Program-made: the position numbers and the translations under genes | Shown here: in pieces, positions 21,901 through 31,500 of the stretch | How positions within the stretch are numbered: position 1 is the stretch's first letter | Layout of the letters: each line of letters opens with the position of its first letter | From: Candidatus Kapaibacterium sp. | GTDB lineage: Bacteria > Bacteroidota > Ignavibacteria > OLB7 | Length of the DNA: 64,000 nt | Direction: 5' to 3' | Assembly (NCBI GenBank): GCA_035549015.1 | Contig: DASZRW010000112.1 | Coordinates: 285-64,284, forward strand | Notes under the pieces: generated by a model | Told to the model about the DNA's origin: nothing | The model's database searches: none | Seen by the model: only the letters and a program-made list of their open reading frames with translations

Positions 21901-22555
21901 TGAACGCGGCGCGCCGGTCGCGTGCGGCAATCATGATGTCGCGCCAGGTGACCATCGGAGGAAGGCTGCCGGGCGCGCCCTCGGGAACATTGGTCATCAC
22001 GAAGGAACGGGCGAAGCGGTGTACGCCATGTCCGATCCGTTCTGCAACCAGCTCGATGTAGCTCTCTGCGCTTGCGGCACCGGCAGCCTCGGGCACATAT
22101 CGTAGAATCGCACGCTCAACCGCCGATGTTGGCTGGGCCCGGTAGTGCCCAAACCAGAAGGTGATCCACGGGCATCCGATTGCCGACCAGGCAGTCCCCT
22201 CGAACGCGGCCTCGGCAACCTCCATCACCCGTGCTTCCAGGTGATCCAGATAGTCGAGTCGCCGCATCTGCCCAGGCCCCACGTGCTCCGCGTCATCATC
22301 AACCAGCCAGCCGGGAAGCGCGGCAGATCCAGGGTTCGAGCGTGAGAGGGAATCCTGGATGCCGGCGCCTCCTTGTTTCACGTGAATGCCCTGAGGAGGT
22401 CTCAGCTCAGACTCCTGATGATCGGTCCGGTCCGGGCTCATCGCCGGGGCCGGTACATCGATGACATGAACAGGTGGCGACAGACGCCGTGGCACCGGCT
22501 TGGAAGCTGGGGTCGTGGTGGAACTGGTACGCTGGTTGTTGTTGGTGGTGCTCAT
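18983..22555 (-). CDS. polymorphic toxin (1190 aa): N-terminal DUF4157 zincin-like domain, central unknown region, hydrophobic membrane segments, C-terminal WHH (HNH/EndoVII-fold) nuclease domain
   Basis: DUF4157 signature PLPPDVRSRMEEAFGEDVAHVRVHTNDEAAHLAAEEDARAFAVGSDVVFGAGAYRPGTIAGDGLIAHELAHAIQQRG (aa ~276-360). Hydrophobic stretch ISLFAAFVGIALSASGLGAPAAPYFFYIAMATGAVSAG...AIAMDIIGLAASALGAG. The C-terminus ...IPDYTWHHHEDGVRLQLVDRNLHGKTGHSGG matches the WHH motif of HNH/EndoVII toxin domains, followed by a Lys-rich tail. No signal peptide. Confidence 0.85.
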   Translation of the reverse strand: MSTTNNNQRTSSTTTPASKPVPRRLSPPVHVIDVPAPAMSPDRTDHQESELRPPQGIHVKQGGAGIQDSLSRSNPGSAALPGWLVDDDAEHVGPGQMRRLDYLDHLEARVMEVAEAAFEGTAWSAIGCPWITFWFGHYRAQPTSAVERAILRYVPEAAGAASAESYIELVAERIGHGVHRFARSFVMTNVPEGAPGSLPPMVTWRDIMIAARDRRAAFTERMERMRSVMQGLDAAEDGTGRAYSAAVSAAEGDEQARTPDAESRVQQIRARLGDGSPLPPDVRSRMEEAFGEDVAHVRVHTNDEAAHLAAEEDARAFAVGSDVVFGAGAYRPGTIAGDGLIAHELAHAIQQRGSETEEPGGSTASLEYDAERSTRGALARLMSRGMRGARSMAESIRENARPALRSGLGLMRCAKEGPEAVSEAAENRWLIESNQIWIDVVNTKTGEHLLPNPWATGQPDGGMVTSPDPARFPGIVDLHALQQVRILDDSNLQFNLMQGTRKMFGGDQAMVEWLVQWHSKSKYSPESDVIQNGDKYLFTEANSYAVNATISLNGRKLTISQIIDVAGKAELDPVDKQTADAAMRSKGATSYSSLLESIALEYLRRAKEAGRFDREYAEAVGWDAPKSESRDKMSSVRVEKDNVRVNTESPLQVGMKENKQWQKYGENRHSLNEWAEYRKNVSAAVSDVDIHQLIPLRASYVPRTTGKAVDLMMFVGRSVSNPKKVYFLDLSPGAPTTKYSGTDINADTWEFDPKDSGLSAAIDDFRTNNSYPNGIIQFEVPNQGWHKSVRVEVVESNGASFWKKVAEGSGIISLFAAFVGIALSASGLGAPAAPYFFYIAMATGAVSAGTDLYAELRKANPAASAIAMDIIGLAASALGAGSFLKGVAQPVARGLRFAATAGDAAGFVIFSADAYDQARAILNNRRLTDDERQSQMVALFANLLVNGGMLIQGMRSGEKPPPEERPLQSGGTEESATGNGGQATSEIDNSQSKQRTPEAGQEPGTQHGKETADGTDIESAGNTDIESSGNKEVNTPEERATSTMEAGAEGAQKTAKKKIRNGHLAGKQHPKTGVPFNANGYPIFESKFDVHLPPELIGPTVRDGAQFEFATRALRDELERQPGLRKLFTEEQLRAIQAGEERIPDYTWHHHEDGVRLQLVDRNLHGKTGHSGGREATGGRPRTQRKGKKK

Positions 22556-22829
22556 GGTCGGGCCTTGTCTCGGTAATCGTGCAAACCGGTACGGTGTACG
22601 TGCGTGATGGCACTGCGCACGAATGCAGCAGCATTGCTCGTGGAGAAACGAGCATCGTTCCCGCTGGGGAGTATAGACGATGTCAGGCGAGCGCTGTGGT
22701 GTAATAATCGAACGATTCGTGGTTCGGCCGGCTGTGCCAAGCCATGAATCGTCGGCAAAGCTATACGCAAATCATGGGCAAGTCAAGGGGCACCACGAAT
22801 ACCTCCGGGAGGTCCTCACCGCCATCATG

Positions 22830-22960
22830 CGTTGCCCCGGGTTCTCTCCGCATGCCGCATGGCGCACGCGCTGGTGACGATGGCGGCAGGAAGGCACGGG
22901 AGCGAACGAAGGAGAGCATTGCGGGAGCGTGTCGTGGGGAGGAATGGAATGGGCCGGACG
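22830..22960 (-). pseudogene. N-terminal/5' remnant of a paralog of the GND-repeat lipoprotein gene, with the start codon mutated (ATG to ACG)
   Basis: 22841-22945 (tggcgcacgcgctggtgacgatggcggcaggaaggcacgggagcgaacgaaggagagcattgcgggagcgtgtcgtggggagg) aligns with 13831-13912 of the intact gene, including its signal-peptide codons. The minus frame gives TTRSRNALLRSLPCLPAAIVTSACAMRHAER against MTRSRNALVHTLLCLLPAMAIACATQHAER. Homology is lost after ~150 bp. Confidence 0.45.
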
Positions 22961-23700
22961 GGAGAGCGGACAGGGAAGATCCAGGTATGTGACGGGCGTC
23001 CCGAAGGCTCCGGCAGGCTCTGCGAAGGAACGGAAGCGCCACGGGCCATCCCGCGGCCCATCGCGCAATCATACCGGCTGCCGGATCGGTTGTCCCGGAG
23101 CCAGCCATCCCCGGTCATCACCAACATGCTCACCTGATGATGGAGCAGTAGCTGCCCGCGGCTGAGCGAACCAACGTCCATCCCCCCCACAGCGGAAGCT
23201 CCTGGCGGCATGTCGATTACGCTGCGACCGGTGGGATCATCTCAGGAGATGAGAAGAATCTGTCCCGACCCGGCCGAGGCCGGGAAGCCCGCCATGGCCA
23301 TCCCGATGGAATGGTTTCGATCGATACGTGCCGCCGGGACATCAGATGGGATACGGCCGCCCGACGGCCATGCGATCCGCGGTGATGAAGCATCTGAATA
23401 GTGCGCGGTGAAATCCCGTACAGCATCTATCAGACTGGACCGGTCTGTGGACCGGCAATCATATCATCCCCTTCTGCTGCGGCAGGCATGCAACGTCTGG
23501 GACATGCGCATATCCCTGCCTGCACGCAGGCGCCGGCATCGGCCGGCTTGCCAACCGGCGCGCTCGCCAACCGGCCCGCTCACCACGATTCACCGCCGCG
23601 TTCCATCTCGTGGGATTTCATAGCTTCGCGCGGATCGGTGGCCGGAAGCTCCAGGAGGCACCGCCCGCAATTCCATACAGCCCATCAAACCCGCAACATC

Positions 23701-25173
23701 ATGGGTCACAATCGCAGTGAGAGAACTATCGTGAGAGCTCCCGCCATCGGACATGCCGGGAGAGCGCTCGCCCTGATCATCATGCTCGTGATTCTGATAT
23801 TTCAGGCAGATGCAAGGGAACTGGTTCATTCCTCCGCGCCGCGCGCCACCTTCATCACCATTTCCGACATTCACTTCACGCCGTTCTACGATTCAACGCT
23901 GGCCGCGCGTCTCATCGCCGCCGATTATCAGCACTGGCTCGCGATCTTCCAGTCATCATCGGTGCGAGGGCTTGGGATGTACGGGAAGGAGACCGGATAT
24001 CCGCTCCTGGAATCGACGCTGGCATCCATGCGGCAGTCGGCATCCAATCCCGGTTACGTGATTCTCACCGGCGATCTGCTGGCGCATAATTACCGGCAGA
24101 CGTTCGATCTCTATGCGACGGACAGAAGCGACTCGGCATACGACCGTTTCGTCTACAAGACACTCGGCTTTCTGGTCTCGCGTATTCGTACCTATTTCCC
24201 GGGAACGCCGGTATTCCCGGTGCTCGGCAACAACGATTCCTACAGCGGCAATTATTCCATCGGGCCGCGCTCGCGATTCCTGGCGGACTTCGAGCACCTC
24301 TGGCAGCCGCTTGTTGCGGGGACCGGCACGGCCAAATCGTTCGCGAAGGATTTTCCCATCGGCGGATTCTATTCCGTGCCGGATCCGCTCGTCAGGCACA
24401 GACGGATCATCCTCCTCAACACGATCTTCTTCTCGAAGAAGTACTGCAACAAGTGCGATTCGGGGGGCGCGCTCTGTACGGCGTGCGACACGTCGGCACC
24501 CTATCCGGGCGATATCGAGATGGCATGGCTCACGAAGGAATTGGCCGCCTCCGCGCGCAACGGCGAGCACGTGGTACTGGCATATCACATTCCGCCGGGC
24601 ATCGACGTCTTCGGCTCCGTCGATTCAACCGGAGGGAGCACGACGCCGGTAACTCCGCTCTGGCAGGATCGGTACGACTCCACGTTCCGCGCGTTGATGG
24701 CCGCGCATGCGAACATCATCGATGCCTCCTTCGCGGGACACACACATGTGGATGACTTCCGGCTGATGGCGGACAGAGCGGGCACGGCGTTCGGCTTCAT
24801 CCATATCACGCCCGCGATCAGCCCGGTCTACGACAATAATCCCGGGTACCAGATCTTCGATCTCGATCGCTCCTCCGGAATCATCAGGAACTACGAAACG
24901 CGTTTCGTTGACCTCACGGCCCAGGCGAGCGGGTGGCGGAAGGAGTACGATTTCCAGAGCACCTACGGCTCCGCCCGGTATGATCTCCTCGCACTGGTGA
25001 AGCTGTTCGATGCACTACAGTCCAACCCTGCAATCAGGAATCACTATATCACCTACTATCCGGTGAGCAGTCACTACGGAAATGCCCTCACGGTCCGCAA
25101 CTGGCATGGCTTCTGCTGCGGCATCGAGAATTTCACCATCCCGGATTTTACCGCGTGCTGCTCCCGGCACTGA
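23701..25173 (+). CDS. metallophosphoesterase, acid-sphingomyelinase-like phosphodiesterase family (490 aa)
   Basis: N-terminal membrane anchor/signal RALALIIMLVILIFQADA. Calcineurin-like motifs ISDIHF, VILTGDLLAHN, PVLGNNDS, AYHIPPG and GHTHVDDF. Start is ATG 23701 (Met101 of the listed ORF). Confidence 0.85.
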   Translation: MGHNRSERTIVRAPAIGHAGRALALIIMLVILIFQADARELVHSSAPRATFITISDIHFTPFYDSTLAARLIAADYQHWLAIFQSSSVRGLGMYGKETGYPLLESTLASMRQSASNPGYVILTGDLLAHNYRQTFDLYATDRSDSAYDRFVYKTLGFLVSRIRTYFPGTPVFPVLGNNDSYSGNYSIGPRSRFLADFEHLWQPLVAGTGTAKSFAKDFPIGGFYSVPDPLVRHRRIILLNTIFFSKKYCNKCDSGGALCTACDTSAPYPGDIEMAWLTKELAASARNGEHVVLAYHIPPGIDVFGSVDSTGGSTTPVTPLWQDRYDSTFRALMAAHANIIDASFAGHTHVDDFRLMADRAGTAFGFIHITPAISPVYDNNPGYQIFDLDRSSGIIRNYETRFVDLTAQASGWRKEYDFQSTYGSARYDLLALVKLFDALQSNPAIRNHYITYYPVSSHYGNALTVRNWHGFCCGIENFTIPDFTACCSRH

Positions 25174-25396
25174 TGGCGGGCCATCGTTCATGAACGGTGC
25201 CGGAAGCAATCGGCCCGGTGGTGCATTCCAGCTGAACGTCGCAACGGCGATACTGACCGCAGCAGTGCATGAAGCCGGCAAGGCGTTGCATGGCACGACC
25301 CGCGGTCGGGGTCGCAGACGTCCCGGCACCGAACCCGGCAGCCCCTGGAACGCTTTCCCGCAGCTTCTCGCGGCCGGTGCGCCGCGGCAACTGCGC

Positions 25397-25450
25397 CTTC
25401 CGGTGCAACGGCGCGTTCCGGTGCAACGGCGCGTTCCGGTGCAACGGCAA
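25397..25450. repeat. 18-nt tandem repeat (ttccggtgcaacggcgcg, ~3 copies) in the convergent intergenic region
   Basis: Direct reading gives ttccggtgcaacggcgcg ttccggtgcaacggcgcg ttccggtgcaacggcaac between the ends of the + gene (25173) and the - giant gene (25553). Confidence 0.7.
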
Positions 25451-25552
25451 CGGCGCGGCAGCCGCACGTGTTTATGCACACGTTGGCATGCCGCGCCGCT
25501 CTTCGGTATTCCCCCGGCGAGCCGTCAGGCCACCGGAAACGATCCTCCCGCG

Positions 25553-28500
25553 TTACAGCGTGAAGATCACGTCGTCCAGATTCCGCAGACCGTAGGAGTT
25601 GGTCACCACCACCTTGTACCGATGGTACACCACGGCACCATCCACAAGCTTCGGAAGCGTTCCGGCATTGTACAGCATGGTGGGCGCCGTGGTTGGTGCG
25701 GCCACGAGCTTCCAGTTGCCGTTGCTCTGCATCTTGTAGAGCGCATAGGTGGACTGCACCGACGTAGCATACCAGGTCAGCACCACGTTGCGATACTCCG
25801 TGAGCGCGTTGTTCTGCAGCGGGTCATGGTAGGCATCGTATGTGGCATCGATTGCCGGCGGCACCGGGTTTGCGGAGTCCACCACATTGACCAGCACGAT
25901 CTCCGACGGGAGTGATTCGATCTCCTCGTTGCGCATCTGGCCAAGATGGAGGTAGCTCAACGGGCGCACGCCCGCAAGGCGATAGAAGATCGGCGAGCCG
26001 AACGGCGGATCGATATCGGCGAACAGATCCCGCACAATCCATCCCTCCAACGTCTGCGCCAGCGTTGCCACATCGAACGTGCCGACAAGCGTCATGGTTC
26101 GCGTGCTGGTTGCATCCGCTGCCGTGAGAGCACGATACAGCCGGATGGCAGTGATACCCTCGGCATCGGGATACGGCGTGACGGTGAAGTTCACGGACTG
26201 CTGCAGCCCGAAACCCTGCTGGGCCTCCGCCACGATCACATGACGAATCGCAGGAGCCGCGGATGGGGCTGCGTTCACCAGGCGTACGGGGCCAAGGATA
26301 TCGCTGACGGGACCAACGGCCAGTGTGTTCGAGATCTCGCGGGCACAGTAGAAGAAGATGTTCCGCGATGCTCCGTCCAGCGCGTAGTCCGTGAACCGGA
26401 TTGTTGTGCCGCTGGCCGTACGCCTCACCATCGGATAGGGATTGAAGCCCGGATCCTCCGCGGTGAGCAGTTCACCGTTGGCATCGCGTACCACGGGCTT
26501 CTGCGACGACGTGACGAGCGCATCGTCCACATCCACCAGGCTTGTCAGGATCGGACGCTCGGTAAGCGGCACCATCGCTCCGGCAATCACCTCGCGGATG
26601 TCATCCAGTGCCGAAGGGATCAGCCCCTGCGCCGGATCGCCCGGCAGACGCGACGGCACGAACGCCTTGCGATACGGCGTCGGGTGCGCGGGGTCGTCCG
26701 GGTCGGCCAGGTGCACGGGATCGAACAGCTCCGCGTCGGGATTGTCAGGCACGGGGAACGCGAAGCCGTTGTAGACCTTGAACCGGCGCGCGTTCGGGCC
26801 GGTGGTATCCACCACTCCCGTTACCAGCTCGCGCCACTGGCTGATGTAGGCGTCATCGTGCGCAACACTGTTCAGGTGCGGACGGATAACGTTGTCGATC
26901 GTATCCTGCTTGTAGAGCGCGCGCAGCACTGCCTCCTCGTCGCCCCGGTAGAACACCGCTCCGTACGGCGTCCGGTTTGCAGCCACCGGCATGTCCACGG
27001 AGCAGGATGACTTGCCGTAGAAGTCCGGGCGCGTTGCATAGGCTGGCCCCGAGAGAGCGAGCGGCTTCACCGGATCGGCAACGTTGTGCGCGATCTGCAC
27101 CGCAGCCGGCGTGAGCGACGATGTGTACCCCCGCGGGCTATCCATCGAGTAGGCGGCGATGTAGGTCTGCCGCGTGGGCGCATCGCCGGTCGGCATGATG
27201 TCCGATTCGGGTATGCCGCCGGCAAGCAGATCGATGTAGCCTCGATACGATGGATGGAAGTTCATCGGCACCGTGGCAAAGCCGGTGTGCGGGCCGATGG
27301 TGTCCGAAGGATCGAAGACGTAGATCGTGAACTTCCCCTGGTCCACCAGGAACTTGATTACCTGCACCGCCTTCATGCGTCCGGATGCGGCGGGATCGGG
27401 AACGCGCACCGTACCACGATAGAACTCCACGAACCATGGGTTGTTGGGGTACTGGACGTTGTAGTCAAAGAGCATGATCGTGGGGCAGGTGATCTTGTAC
27501 ACGCCCGGAGGCGCATCGATCGCCGGCGAGCCGGGTGGAACCGTTATCGTATCCACACGCTCGAGTCTGGCGGCCGGCTCGAACAGCCCGCCCACCGTCA
27601 ACGTTCTGCTCTGGCCGTTCTCCACGAGCTGCTCCGTATATACCGGTACCTGCGGATATGGCAAGCGCGTGAAGTCCGCCAGTTGTATGACGCTGCTCGG
27701 CAGAGCCCTCCACCGCGCGGTGTTCGCAAGGTTCTCAACCACCATGAACGTAGTGCCGGCCTTCGGAGGATCGTACGCCTCGGTCTTCTTCACTCCATTC
27801 TCGTCGGTGGTCTCCATCGGCGTCAGGTGGAACCGGGCGTAATTGTTGCCGGCGGCCGTCACCTCAACCACGATGAACCGATGCGTGCTGGTGGCGAAGA
27901 TGCTCCCCACGAACACCTGCTGCGATATCTGGCTCGAGGTCACGATCGGTTCCACGGTGATCGAGCCCTTCGATGGGTCTGCCGTGAGATCCGGATATGC
28001 ATCGGCCTCCACATACACATCGCCATTCCCGGAGATCGACTGCGGGTTCTTCACCACGCCGCGTATCGATACCGGCGCATCGGTACGGAAGAAGAACTGA
28101 ACACGGTCCGCACTCTGGTAGGCGATGTTGTGCACATGATTCCAGTCGAACAGCACGCGCGTCCGCTTGCCGTGGGTTGCGATCTGCGCCTGTTCCGACA
28201 GCGACGTGAGCACCGGTGGAACCTCGCGCTGGATGTACTGCACCGCGAGGTTCGCCGGCGGGAGAAGCGAATTGTACTTCGGGAAACTCGTCGTGATCGT
28301 GTTCGAATACACCCCAATCGCAGAGGCGCGCGAGAACCAGTTGATCCCGAAGATCCCGTACCTGCGAGCGAAGTCGTTCCCCGGCAGGTTCTCGATGCGA
28401 TGCACGAATACCGGGTTACCCGTGTCCGGAATGCCGTGCAGCTCGGGATGCCCGTCCTGATCGGCATACGGAACGTATCCACTCGGCTCGTACTCACCGA

Positions 28501-31500
28501 AGTCGTTCACGGGATATACCTGCCGCCAGTCGCTCGGAGAAGTGCCGTCCGGTTTGGTGATCCGGATGCCGAACTGCATCGGCTTCGTCGCCGTACCATG
28601 ACTGAACTCCGTGGTATCGGCAAAGAAGTCTCCAACGGGAAGGTCGATCGCCACCGTTCCACGATTCACGTTCAGATAGCGTGCATCGGCATAGCGTGTG
28701 TATCCCTGGGAGTCCGTGAAGTCCTCGTGCACCAACGGCTCGATGCTGGCGATCGTCACGGGTGCCGGCAGCCGGACGTCGCTCCGCCCGGTTGGAAGCG
28801 AGAGATAACGATGCGTCATCGCGGTGATGCGTTTCGCCGGGTCAGCCGGTGTCACATACTCGGCCATGTAGATATAGCGCTGTCCGGCGGCGTCGCCGGC
28901 AAGCGGCACATCCGGATCGATCATCCCGAGCCCAAGCATTCGTGCCACGTGGTAGTCCTGTGCGGCCAACAGCAGCATGCGGAGTGCACTGATGTTGATC
29001 GAGCCGCTGTCCGTGGACAACACGGGAGCCTGCGTCAGCCACGCCTCCACCTGAGCGGGATCGACACTCCTCTGCAGGTACGACTCCACCGCCGTGCGTA
29101 TGGACTGCTTTGGATCGCGCTCGAATGCCGGGCGTGAGGGATCGTACGTGGGATCTGCATGACCGTCCGGCAGATAGTGACGGTTGGGAAGCCACCGGTC
29201 CAGGTAGTTCACCACCTTCACCCGTGGGGCCTGGCCCTCCAACGTGTGCCCGTACTTCGGCCATGCTCCGTCCACGTTGAATCGCGTTGTATCCTCCAGG
29301 CGCCTGGCAGCCTCCGTGGTATCCAGTGTCAGCGCATAGTTCCCGATCTTCTTCCAGAGGTACCGGCGATGCGTGGCGGTATAGAAGTCCGCATAGGTTT
29401 CCACCAGCAACGCGCCAGGCGCCCCACCCGAATAGCGGAACCGGAAGTATTGCACGGCCTCGCTCATCACCTTGTGGCGGGTGCCATTCCCCACGAAGCG
29501 CCTGCGCGCGGAGATGAACAGCGGGGCAGCGGCCGCCGAGGGATCCTCGTTGAGCGATATCGCCTCCACACGCGTCGTCATCGCCGCAAGCGACGGCGAC
29601 GTGAGCTCGAACGCAAACATCAGGTTCAGGTCCGTCTCCACCTCCACCGTACCGGTGAAGTTCGCAACGATGTAGGCCACGTCCGCTCCAACGTTCTTCG
29701 GATCGGTCGGCGTGTTGTTCTGGCGCAGCGTCCGGTACGATCCGTCGTCGACAAACCGCAGCGTCAGCGTAACAACGGCCGAGGGGAACAACTGCCTGTC
29801 CACCTGAACGTTCGTATACGTCCAGGTCCAGACACCGCCGTCCTGCGAGACATCTGTGGGACGTTGCTGTGTGGTGGCGCTGAGATCGATCGTGGCCGGG
29901 AAGTACTTCGTTGTATCGGTATCCACGTAGCGCGTGCGATAGATCGCCACGTAATCGTCCGGCTTGTTGTACCCGTACGACGCGAAGTATGGGCTTCCCG
30001 GGCGTGTGTACGGTCCCTTCGGCAGATGACGATTCCCGAGGTCGTTCAGGAACGCCCAGCGCAGGTGCACGCCTCCGGCGCTGCCGTCGCCGCCGTTGTT
30101 GAATCCGTCGGAACCAACAGCCTGCAGGTAAAGGAACTGCGACTGGATGGTGTAGGCCTGCGTATCCTCCTCGCCGCATACATTGCGGCCGACTGCATAG
30201 AGCTTGCTGCGAAGCAGCACGGTTGCCTGGCGCAACTGATCGAGCACCGGGGCGAAGTATGCTACCACCGCGGCATCGGGCGAGCTGCAGCGCAGGCAGT
30301 AGGCGGTGAAGAAGCTGATCGCCACCCGCGCCCGCATGCAGGTTGTAGTGGCGCATGGATCGTCCGCGATCGGCAGGCCAAGCAGCACCGCCTTCGGGAT
30401 CACGAGCGCGTAGAGCGCATCGATCGCCGTACGCAGATCGCTTGGATTCCCCTCCACAAGGTTCACCAGGTCCGTTGCGCCGGCGCGTTCCTGGGCGCTC
30501 ATCCCTCCCACCATCGCACATGCCTTGCAGATGCATTCCAGCAGCTCCAGCCAGTCGTGGCGGAACGCCGTCATGGCCGTTTCCGGCCGCGGCAGGTCGT
30601 TGGCGATCGTGGCTGCGTATGCGGCCGACTGCGCCGCAAGCTGTGCATCCAGATAGTCCACAACCACGCGGGCCTGTGGGGCAAGCTCCTGATACCGTGA
30701 GAATGCCGTGGCCAGCAGGTCCACAACGAACTCCAGCCGGTTGCAGAAGGCGCCGCCGGGAAGCATGGTCTGCGTCAGCCGCAGATTCCGCGCGAGCGAT
30801 GCGATCTCCTGCTGCGTGCGCGTGAAGATGTCCTCCAACGCAATCACCGCCGGCGCACCGGAGGGGGGATCGACGCCGCAGAGCAGATCGGAGTAGCCAA
30901 CGAGACCGTGCAGGTGCGCGCAGATATCAACGGACTCCGCGCAGAACACGACGCCGGCCGCAGCCAGTTGGGCTGTCCACGTGGCATAATCGGCAATGAA
31001 CGTGGCGAGCCCGGAGTTCAGAAGCGTTGCCACGCCGCTCGGCATCGTGCGGCACGGTCCGCATGTCAGATGCAGTGTCCGCAGCACTTCGAAGAGCTTG
31101 TACGCATCGCCGGATGCCAGGCTGGAGGATGGAGCACCGGCGCCGGCTGGAGCGGGCGTGATTGCGTTGAAGAGTGCCGTGATCCGCGAGGAGAACAACG
31201 AGGTGAAGCTCGCCCGCAACGTCGAAGACAACTCGCCGAACCGTAGCGCCGCCACGTACAGGCACTCCAGTCTCCATATCCAGGAGGGGCAGGTGTCGGT
31301 GCAGGTGCCGGTGAACGTGGCGCCGAGCTGCGTGCGCAGACGGTCGTACTCGCCTCGGAGCTGCACGTACTGCGCTTCGAGCTGCGTGCGCTGCGCCGAG
31401 GGAATCGAAAGTCCGTACATGCACGCGAGGCCGAGGAATACCGTGGAGCGCCGAAGCAGCTCGCAGCAGTCCGTGGGGGGCGAGCCAGCGGCGCTCATGG

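Noticed and set aside
19700-22061. Plus-strand ORFs 19700..20398, 20480..21706 (408 aa) and 21255..22061 inside the toxin gene
   Set aside because: They are antisense to the DUF4157-WHH toxin ORF and have no motifs. The minus-strand reading frame carries the HExxH and WHH signatures.
22560-23400. Multiple overlapping ORFs (22680..22877, 22744..22992, 22761..23108, 22825..23211, 22832..23137, 23210..23401) upstream of the toxin gene
   Set aside because: This is a non-coding or decayed intergenic region. The only supported element is the ~150-bp lipoprotein-paralog 5' remnant, and none of the ORFs has protein-like composition.
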